A DNA stretch of 64,000 nt from Eledone cirrhosa (Eukaryota). Shown piece after piece: positions 1 through 10,925 of the stretch (position 1 is the first letter of the stretch; each line of letters begins with the position of its first letter). The stretch lies in the NCBI GenBank assembly GCA_964016885.1, contig OZ024741.1:313038001-313102000 (forward strand), given 5' to 3'. The translations under genes were made by a program, and so were the position numbers. A model generated the notes under the pieces. The model was not told the origin of the DNA. It did not search any database and saw only the letters and a program-made list of their open reading frames with translations.

Positions 1-12
1 TAATATTACCTC

Positions 13-62
<50 letters not shown>

Positions 63-719
63 AGTATGTATGTATACGTACATACATATATGTATACATA
101 CGTACACTAGTATGTATACATACATGCACACATATATATATATATATGCACGTATCAGTTTACCGAACATTTATCATAATGGTCGGTTTGTTTGTAAACA
201 AACAAACAGCCCGAATTACGCCGTACAGTGTTTAGGCAACTACGTCACCTTTTTGTTTAACACTGACACAGGAACGATGTACTAATTTCAAGCGTATTAG
301 CTCTAGTCAGCATCGTATACCTTCCTGCAAGATGATTGAACGTCTGAAAGTATATACTTTCCTTATACATATTAACGGCTGAGCATCCTAATTTGCATAT
401 CGGGTGAGCTTAGGCGGCCGGGCGCACAGAAAACGATAAATGGAATAGAATGAAACGAAATTTCATTTCTCACTCTTAGTACGCAGTTACTTAAATGTAA
501 GTATGTATGTATGTATACGTACATACATATATGTATACAGACGTACAACCCTTAAAATCACTAAAATAAAACGCCTACGCAGCGGCTAAACATCAAACGA
601 TTATTTTTGTATAAATAGAGTGATTCCAAACACTTTCGCCAGTCGACTTTGGCAGAGTCAGCTCGCGTATCGTTGTTCTTCTCTTCTGGCCGCTTGTCAC
701 TCACACACGCCTTGTACCT

Positions 720-3700
720 CTGTATCGTCGCTTCATGTATGAAAATAAATAGTTGACCGAAACTAATCTCTCGCCTTGCTCTCCTTTCAACTCATGCTTT
801 CGTTTGTTCATCCTTACCGTATGTGACAACAGTCCTTTTAAGGGCTATCCACAGATCCGATCAGACCGTATCCGATAACATTCCTTTTAAGGGCTATTCT
901 CGGATCCACTCAGAAGTAGGACCAGACCCACTAATCAAGTCCGTGATTCGAACATGCAACCAGACATCAACCTAACAAGATATCAACATGGACATGTCAC
1001 AACCAACGACAGAGGCCGAGATTTCAGAGTTGCGGGCTATGATCAGAGAGCGGGCTGGTCAAATTAAAGCCCTCTCAAATCAAGTAGAGAACCTGACCTT
1101 TCAAACACACCGGCGAGACAGCAACAGCAGATCCAGGCCTTTTCACTGTCTAAGATCCAGAAGTCCCAGTCAAAATCCTGTGTCTGGCAACCTCTGCTGG
1201 TATCACGCAGAATTCGGCACACAGGCATCTAAGTGCAAGGCTCCGTGCTCTTTCCAGAATACCACCCAGAGCCTAGCGACGACGTTCATCCCTGGTACTG
1301 AGGAGAAAAGTAGTCTGTTTGTTATCAATGACCAAGCGACAGGCATCCGTTACCTCGTGGATACAGGAGGCCAGGTTAGTGTTATTCCTGTATCACTAGT
1401 CTCAGACAAAAGACATTCAACACCGTCCTTTCTGCAGGCATTGAACCAATCGTCGATTCTGACTTTCGGAGAGAAATCACTGACCCTCAATTTAGGCCTG
1501 AGGCGTCGTTTTCAATGGGTGTTCGTCGTGGCAGACCTGCCGACCCCTATCTTAGGAGCCGATTTTCTCCACCACTTCAACCTTCTGGTGGACATAAAGA
1601 ACCGGAGGCTTATTGACACCACCACAAACCGCACTGTGACAGGTATATTTACCACGCAATGTACAGTGAGCCCTGTAATTTGCCAGTCAGAGCCTTCGCG
1701 TTACAACTGCATTACCTAGAAATACCCAGACATCACCCACCCGGTATTTAAGGATGGACCTATTAAACATAGAGTCACACATCATATCGAGACGAGAGGA
1801 CCACCCACAGCTGTCCGACCAAGGAGACTGCCTCCCGATCGATTGAGAATCGCCAAACAGGAGTTTCAACACATGCCGGACCTCGGTATCATTCGCCCTT
1901 CCTCCAGCAACTGGTCTGCACTCCTACACCTTGTTCCTAAGAAAACAGAGAATGATTGGCGACCATGTGGGGATTATCGTGCACTCAACAATTCCACAGT
2001 CCCCGATAATTACCCTGTACCTCACTTGCACGACTTCTCTGCCTCTCTGCAAGGCGCACGCATCTTTTCCAAGATAGATTTGGTACGAGCATATAACCAT
2101 ATACCTATGGAGCCTGCTGATGTTCCGAAGACCGCAATCACGCCACCGTTCGTTTTAATTGAATTCCTGCGAATGCCGTTTGGTCTGCGCAACGCTGCAC
2201 GAACTTTTCAGCAGTTTATTGACACCGTGTTACGTGAGCTACCCTTTGTAAACGCGTATATCGACGACGTGCTAGTAGCAAGTACTTCCGAGCAAGAACA
2301 CGAGAAGCACTTAGATCTTCTTTTCCAACGTTTGGCCGAGTACGGTATTATCATCAACCCCAGCAAGTGCCTTCTCGGCGTTCCTTCACTGCCCTTTCTC
2401 GGGCACGTCATTGATAAAGACGGCATTCGTCCACTTCCTGAGAAAGTAGAAGCTATCCGCAATTTTCCCGCACCTACATCACTTCGGAAAATGCGTGAAT
2501 TCCTCGGTTTGGTGAATTTCTATAGGCGTTTCATCCCTCATTGTGCCGACGCAGCCAAACTCCTTACGGACCTTCTTCGCAAGCGCACTCGGAAAAACGA
2601 AGACATCAGTCTGAACGAGGAAGAACTAACATCTTTCAACCGCCTGAAGAAAATGTTGGCAAACGCTTCCATTCTCGTTTTCCCTAGATTTGTAGCTCCT
2701 CTTTCGCTTCTAGTGGACGCATCAGGCACGGGGATTGGAGGCGTTTTAAAACAATATGTCAACGGCGTTTGGCAACCTTTATCGTTCTTTTCTAAGCGGT
2801 TGCAACCTGCAGAAACCAAATACAGTACGTTTGGCTACGAACTCTTAGCAACCTACCTTTCGGTTGAACATTTTCGTCACATGCTCGAAGGATCGGATTT
2901 CGTGATCTACATGGACCATAAACCACTAGTTTATGCGTTCTGTACCAAACCTGATCGCCATTCACTGAGAGAACTCCGCCACCTGGATTTTGTCTCCCAA
3001 TATTCAACTGATATTCGGCATATCAAGGGACCAGACAACGTAGCAGCTGACGCCCTGTACCGAAACCAGCTGAACGCAATACATGTGCATTCAGGCATCG
3101 ACCTTCAACAGCTCGCAGCTGACCAAGAGACTGACGAAGAGTTTATCAAGCTCCGAGATTTGCCATCCCTCAAGATTCAGCAAGTTCCCATTCCTTCTTC
3201 TCCGGGACAAATTTGGTGCAACCTTTCTACCGGTCGTGAACGGCCGTACGTACCACAGATGCATCGTCGACAAGTTTTTTCTGCTTTACACTGCTTGTCT
3301 CACCCGGTAATCCGGGCTACCCAGAAACTCATCTCTGCTCGTTTTGTGTGGACTAACATTAACACGGACGTGCGCGACTGGTCCAGGAGCTGCATTTCCT
3401 GCCAGAAAGACAAAGTCCACAGACACATCAACATTCCACTCGGCACATTCGCGCAACCCGATGCACGTTTTCATCATGTGCATATCGACATGGTTGGACC
3501 TCTACCACCACCACAGAACTGCACATACTTGCTCACCTGCATATATCGTTTTTCCCGTTGGCCTGAGGCTTTTCTCATAAGTGATACCTCAGCGGAAACA
3601 GTCGCTAGAACTTACCACTGTATCGTCCCTTCATGTATGAAAAGAAATAGCTGGCCGAAACTAAATCTCTCGCCTTGCTAGTCCTTTCAACTTGTGCTTT

Positions 3701-3848
3701 CGTCTGTTCATCCTTACCGTATGTGACAACTGTCCTTTTAAGAGCTATCCTCAGATCCGATCAGACCGTATGCGATAACAGTCCCTTTAAGGGCTATTCT
3801 CGGATCCGCTCAGAAGTAGTGACCATACCCACTAATCACGTCGCTACA
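720..3848 (+). mobile_element. Ty3/Gypsy LTR retrotransposon, internally deleted (partial 5' LTR ~720-940, gag C-term/PR/RT/RNaseH/partial IN, partial 3' LTR ~3618-3848)
   Basis: Diverged direct repeat 'ctgtatcgtc..ttcatgtatgaaaa...cccactaatca' at 720-938 and 3618-3838; the 3' copy ends in ...ctaCA before (TA)n. It encloses gag-pol coding sequence. The true 5' boundary may lie further upstream (TATA-like tataaata at ~610). Confidence 0.9.
988..3615 (+). pseudogene. Gypsy gag-pol polyprotein pseudogene (one in-frame TAG at 1717-1719, integrase core truncated)
   Basis: ORFs 988-1719 and 1843-3681 are in the same frame. Motifs: CWYH..FG..A.KC..PC (gag knuckle), LVDTG (aspartic protease), [23 protein letters not shown] (RT), VDAS..GIGGVL and DHKPL (RNase H), H...HP...C..C and [11 protein letters not shown] (integrase N-term). 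The frame runs into the 3' LTR at ~3615. Confidence 0.92.
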
Positions 3849-4230
3849 TATATATATATGTAAAAGGTAAACAGAAATAACAAGACAATCGGTACAGTAT
3901 ATGGAAGGGATATACTAGGTTAACGCTGGATAAAGAAGGAAGAGGGACCTATCGTTTCGGACGCAAGTCCTTCATCAGAAGAAAGAATGGAAAATAAGAT
4001 GGATTGATGGGATGGGCGGGTTAGAATTTGAAAAAGTGTCTTTAGATAAAAATAACAGGTCCATTCATGTTGACATCACTTGCAGTGTGTGTGTATGTAT
4101 GTGTTTGTGTTTATTTAAATGTAACAATGTCGTTATTACATATCGTTGTAACTGTTAAAATATGGTAATATATGGAAGGATTATATATGTTATTTTTCTT
4201 ATAATATTGTTTCTTTCTTTCATAATTGTT

Positions 4231-4412
4231 TCTACTTTAGGCACAAGGCCAGCAATTATCCCAGTGCATTACTGGTACATTATTTTATCGACCCCGTAAG
4301 GATGAAAGGCAAAGTTAACCTCGGCGGGATTTGAACTCAGATCATAAAGGGACGTAACTATGCTGGAAAGCATGGCGTCCGACCCTCTACCGATACTGCC
4401 AATCCGCCGCCC
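4231..4412 (-). mobile_element. tRNA-derived SINE, full length
   Basis: The reverse complement starts gggcggcggatTGGCAGTATCGG (A box) and has GAGTTCAAATCC (B box), a conserved central 'gcctttcatccttacggggtcgataaaat..gtaccag' block and 3' 'ggccttgtgcctaaagtaga'. Four more copies occur in the window. Confidence 0.85.
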
Positions 4413-4626
4413 TGTTTCTTTTATAATGTTTTCAACATTGCATTTAACTGAACTAAAAATCTATGTATATTTTATAGAGGATCGACATGTCATTCAATAA
4501 ATATACAAGTTCATTTGATTAGCACGAGACCACTTAAATCTTGAAATTTAATATAAAATTGTATCATTAATATCTGTAGGTAATTAATGATATCTTCAAC
4601 ATTATCATATATATTGATATTTTTAG

Positions 4627-4761
4627 AATGCCTAGTAGGAACGTTTGGTGATGTTTGTAATGGGACATGCCATTGTATCAACAACATGAACTGTGACAAG
4701 CGAAATATCAGATGTTCAGATGGATGTTCTGCAGGTTATATTGGTGTCAATTGCCAAGAAG
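4627..4761 (+). CDS. Internal exon of a host gene encoding an EGF-like/laminin-EGF-type Cys-rich repeat (MEGF/SREC/receptor-PTP-like ectodomain)
   Basis: ttttag acceptor at 4621-4626 and G|gtatct donor at 4761/4762. The exon is 135 bp with symmetric phase 1-1 and translates as (E)CLVGTFGDVCNGTCHCINNMNCDKRNIRCSDGCSAGYIGVNCQE, with 8 Cys and a C..G..G..C...C.C pattern. Confidence 0.8.
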
Positions 4762-4793
4762 GTATCTCATACAATTGTTTCATACTTACTATA

Positions 4794-4943
<150 letters not shown>

Positions 4944-5485
4944 ACACATTTATATACATACGGTATATGCTGGTGTAAAATTTGATCGGTTGCATAGGTC
5001 GACCCATCAAATGTTGAGGTATAATTGAGGTTTAGGCCCATATACGCCTGTTGAGACAACACCCAAGGTATAAGGCATTACCATCTCCCCAGCCGTAGAT
5101 ATGCCTGCCGTTGTTTATTTGCACAAAATATAAAACATGGAAATAAACACTAAATAGTTGTAAAATAAAAATCCATGAGAACAAAGTACAATTTGTAGAG
5201 TTTATTTTTCAGTTAACAAAATTATTTAACTAAACTGTTTTATAAGTGAACAACATTCCTCCACATCGTGACTTCAAACGCGGTAAAATTAAAAACCTAA
5301 ATATTCCTTATCCTCTGTGTATCAGCATTACATGGCGATATATTTTAACTTTCGACCTGTTTTATTTCGTGGGGAAATTACCGTAGTTTTTCCGATAGTT
5401 TAGATAATTCAGTGAACCAGTATACCATTAATATTATAACTATAATATTAATACTAATATTAATACTAATATTATATATATATAT

Positions 5486-5602
5486 ATAGGAACCAGTAAG
5501 ACCCCGACAGCTGAGCTCAAGCCGTTTCGACGGCTAATTCTGGACCAGAATTAGCCGTCGAAACGGCTTGAGCTCAGCTGTCGGGGTCTTACTGGTTCCT
5601 AT
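5486..5602. repeat. Perfect 117-bp palindrome (foldback) containing a hammerhead half-core
   Basis: ataggaaccagtaagacccc...tctgg-a-ccaga...ggggtcttactggttcctat, with 58-bp arms around position 5544. A partial copy of the left arm lies at 7023-7068. Confidence 0.93.
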
Positions 5603-5679
5603 TACCCACTCTACTACCTCAAGTATTGAGTACTTTGGTGCGTTATGGTCCACCTGGTTCCTTACCACATTTCCTTCGT

Positions 5680-5766
<87 letters not shown>

Positions 5767-5847
5767 ATGTGTGTGTGTGTGTGTGTATGTGTGTGTGTCT
5801 AGATATATAAGCACATCAGCCGCATATATACTCTCATGCACACACAC

Positions 5848-5881
<34 letters not shown>

Positions 5882-5989
5882 GAGTTGAAACATTGAAATA
5901 AAAATTCAAGTCATTAGGAATATATTTCACTGCTTTACGATGGTTTCTAGGTGATAATAATACAACGTACGCATAATTCGTTAGCGATC

Positions 5990-6412
5990 CATGTAAGGTT
6001 AGTTAGAAAATATCAAATAAGGAATATATTTACCTACGTGTATATCATCAGCCGTTGTCAAATGCGTGTGTGTCTTGTGTATATGACACAAAACATACAC
6101 AACAACAAGATGGCGTAGGACAGAACAAAGGAGAGGCACAAAAAAACAAAGAAAATATTCCACAGTCTCTGAAGAGGTCACACAATGTGTGACGAAAGAA
6201 CGTTGACAATATATAAACAATCATCTGGTTGTGGAACCAACCAACCAACCAGAAATTTATAAATTCCTAAATTTATGAATTTATTATAATAAATTGAAGT
6301 GAAAAATCTGGTGCGTGTGTTTGTTATTGTCAACATGACCCTCCCAAAGTATAACAATATCGGTATCAACACACGTTTTCAGATAAAGAATCTTGCTAAA
6401 CTAATTCAGAAA
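5990..6412 (+). mobile_element. 5' fragment of a PLE related to the 10917-15516 element (pseudo-LTR with HHR motif plus ORF start)
   Basis: Encodes [24 protein letters not shown] from 6335, matching the ORF start at 11413. It shares 'atggcgtag' and 'aaccaaccaa' with that pLTR. HHR-like core CTGAAGA-g-gtcacac-aat-gtgtgac-GAAA at 6169-6197. Confidence 0.8.
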
Positions 6413-6414
6413 GG

Positions 6415-6472
<58 letters not shown>

Positions 6473-6527
6473 CTTTCACTCGTGTAGGACGCCTCGGTTA
6501 TTTTTCATTTTGTAAAAAAAACCTCAC

Positions 6528-6637
<110 letters not shown>

Positions 6638-6799
6638 GTATATATACATGTATATGTATATATATACACAATGATATTAAATAAATGGAAACTATATCCA
6701 TAAAACCATATTTATACATTATCGGAGAAAGCTATAATATAATGATACATGACATACCCTGAGATATTAAATGGTTAAGATTTAATCAAGGTAGTGTAT

Positions 6800-6856
6800 C
6801 ATTATATTTTGTCTGATGAGGACGTACTGTTGTACATCCGAAATATGTATAATAAA
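6800..6856 (+). ncRNA. Minimal type I hammerhead ribozyme motif
   Basis: CTGATGA (6813-6819), stem II ggacgtac/tgtt/gtacatcc, GAAA (6840-6843), short tatgta stem III/NUH. Stem I is weak. Confidence 0.6.
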
Positions 6857-7299
6857 ATTTAATTGATCAAAAGAACATCTATTTTATTAATACTTATAAT
6901 TTAATATTAATAACTCCAGAAAATTATTTTACCGTTGAGTTCTTCCAATCTACTGTAAAACTCATTCTTTGACATAGTCATTGAATATTGTTTAACACTT
7001 TAATATATATATATATACATATATAGGAACGAGTTGGACCCCGACAGCTGAGCTCAAGCCGTTTCGACATATATATATATATATATATTTATTTATTAAA
7101 ATAACAGATTAAAGTTTAAGCAAAGAATCGCTGCTTTCACCCTTAACAGGATCTTCTGAAACTAAGAACGTCAATCTGTAAAGGCAGAAGTGAATATTTC
7201 AAAACACGTTCCAACCGGAGGAAGACAGGAAGACGGTACTTTGGAGCCCGCTTTGAATTTTAGTCTTCAAAGTTATTATTATTAATATATATATATAAA

Positions 7300-8849
7300 G
7301 GGAACACTTTAATCAGTGAACAAGAACAACAAATCCTGCAGCTACCACCAACATTTGCCATCTACAAAAAGATTAACCCTATTGAGTGCAAAACGGAGCT
7401 GGAAAAGTGTTTCACAAAAATACGTTGGAATGCAAAAGTAAACAACAACAACAACAATAATAACGGTATTAGTAATATAAACAATAACTCTGAGTATAGA
7501 AATAACAGCCATAACAATAACAATAGCAGGAGAGTGAGAAATAGTAATAATGGTAATAATACAAACGATAGACAGAACAACAACAACCACAATAATAATA
7601 ATAATAATAGAAACATTAACCACAGGCACAGCAGCAGCGACCACAGTAGTAATAACGGTAACAATACGAACAACAACAACAACCACAGTGGTAATAATGG
7701 AAATAATACATGTAGCAGCATTAATGATAGACACAACAAAAACAAGAAACATAATAAAAGTAACAACCACAATGGTAGAAATAACAGTAACAACAACAAT
7801 AACGGTGGAGAAAACAACAACAATACATCTAACAATCACAGCAACAATACATCTAGCAATCATAACAACAATACATCTAACAATCACAGCAACAATACAC
7901 CTAGCAATCATAACAACAATACATCTAACAATCACAGCAACAATACATCTAGCAATCATAACAATAATAATAATGCTAATGATAGGAACAACAACAACCA
8001 CCATAATAACAATAATAGCAACACACACAACTATGACGATAGATATAATGCCAACCCCTTAGAGAAACTATTTTTCAACCCAGCTGACAAAACATATAAT
8101 ATGGGTAATATCTATCCTACGAGGTTACCCTTTAATAAAAGAGTTTGCATATCACAACAGATAGATGACGAGACAGAGGCACAGTTCACCATAGCTAGAA
8201 ATAAGATTAGACAAATAGTAGACCGGTATACTAAGAGACAGAGCAGACCAGAGGCCCAACAACTTGGGAGGAAACCTGTAGAAGGCTTGGTTAGCCTCAA
8301 GCAGCCCACAAGGGATGGTGAGGTAGTATGTCTACCCACGGATAAGTCTGGTAGGATGTCAATAGATAGCATGCCGAATTACATCAAGGCTATGCAACCC
8401 CACATCACCAACACGAGCGAAATTGCACAGCAAACTCATGATGGGAGAGAGAAAATCCTCAACGCTCACATGATCATGTGGACTGACATCCTAAAGCCAA
8501 GCAGACGCACTGCCAACAACTTCAAGGTGTCTAACAATGGCATATCACCCTTGTATGGGCTCCGCAAAGAGCACAAGACAGTCGTCGACCCGACAACAGG
8601 ACCACCAACAAGGCCCGTATGCGGAGCTAATATAGCTAGCAACTACAGGTTCTCCTACTTCCTCTCAATGGTTATACGCCCCATTATCAAAATGTCCCCA
8701 GATGTATGTGACAGTACAGAGGACCTCCTCAGCAGAATCAGTGAGTGCAACAAAAACAGGAACCTATCCAACTGCATAATAGGCAGCATGGATGTGGTAT
8801 CACTGTACCCATCCATTAACATTGATTTTGCTGTGGGAAAATGTGTGGA
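7300..8849 (+). mobile_element. Internal fragment of the same PLE family (Asn-rich region plus RT N-terminus), truncated at both ends
   Basis: Near-identical to 12012-13427: FAIYKKINP.ECKTELEKCF, CLPTDKSGRM, LYGLRKEHK, TRPVCG, IIGSMDVVSLYPSI. Confidence 0.92.
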
Positions 8850-8852
8850 AGC

Positions 8853-9792
8853 TTATATAACAACAATTCAGTGTATGGAAAAAAGCGAAAAAAGCGAAAA
8901 CATCGAGCGGAGCTAGATTCTAAGCACTGAAAAATTCGCTACCTCCTTGGTCAATTGGCAAATTCAAAAGAATTAATCACGTGTCCCCGCATTTCCTGGT
9001 GGCTTAGCTGAGAATAGACTCCCTGATGACGTAAGGCTTCTCTACAGGTATTACATAACTGTATTTATCCCCTTACAGAAACTAATTAGTTGGAGTGAAA
9101 TTTTAGTAAGTAAGTCAATTTTCATAACTTTCTTATTTACGTCTTTCATATAATTGTTCTGCATTCCCCTGCATAGAACTACAAAGTTACTAAGACAAAA
9201 CATATATATCTGCTAGCATAGGTATGCATCTGTATACATATGTCGGTAGATATATTAATTCTTTATATTCTTCTCCAAATTATTTGTTGAGCAAAATTTG
9301 CCAAATTACTACTGTGTCTGATAGTAGTGGCTAGGCTCTGCCTTAATAGCGCCCCACTCCAAGCTGGTTAACCTCAGTGTCACGTGATTAATTCTTTTGA
9401 ATTTGCCACTTGACCAAGGAGGCAGCGAATTTTTCAGTGCTTAGAATCTAGCCCCGCTAGATTTTTTCGCTTTTTTCCATGCACTGAATTATTGTTATAT
9501 AAGATTCCAGTGTCCTCGCATTGCCTGGTGGCTTAGCTGAGAATTGACTCCCTGATGACGTAAGGCTTCTCTACAGGTATTACATAACTGTATTTATCCC
9601 CTTACAGAAACTAATTAGTTGGAGTGAAATTTTAGTAAGTCAATTTTCGTAACTTTCTTATTTACGTCTTTCATATAATTGTTCTGCATTCTCCAGCATA
9701 GAACTACAAAGTTACTAGACAAAACATATATATCTGCTAGCGTAGGTATGCATCTGTATACATATGTCGGTAGATATATTAATTCTTTATAT
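8853..9792 (+). mobile_element. ORF-less element with two ~280-bp direct repeats, each carrying an HHR, and a 5' inverted segment (retrozyme/non-autonomous PLE-like)
   Basis: Direct repeats ~8985-9265 and ~9512-9792. Segment 8853-8982 is the reverse complement of ~9381-9503. HHR: actcc-CTGATGA-cgtaagg...ccttaca-GAAA-ctaattag-TT-ggagt at 9018-9096 and 9547-9625. Confidence 0.75.
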
Positions 9793-9841
9793 ATACATAT
9801 ATATATATAGAAAAGATGAATATAAAATGAAAGTGCTTTTT

Positions 9842-10812
<971 letters not shown>

Positions 10813-10838
10813 ACCCTTATATAATATATGTGTGTATA

Positions 10839-10916
<78 letters not shown>

Positions 10917-10925
<9 letters not shown>

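Noticed and set aside
60-548. ~45-bp duplication at 64-107 and 501-548 as a TSD or LTR boundary
   Set aside because: The sequence is low-complexity TA/TG/CA and cannot be distinguished from microsatellite convergence.
1717-1719. Programmed gag-pol readthrough at TAG
   Set aside because: The stop lies after the protease rather than at the gag/pol border, and the element is otherwise defective.
7125-7272. Two further minus-strand HHR-like motifs
   Set aside because: Their cores are mutated (CAGAAGA, TTGAAGA) and the stems are poor, so they were not counted.
7342-8062. Hydrophobic Val/Ile/Leu-rich or Thr-rich ORFs resembling membrane proteins or mucins (also 12055-12606)
   Set aside because: They are alternative-frame and antisense shadows of the Asn-rich PLE tract.
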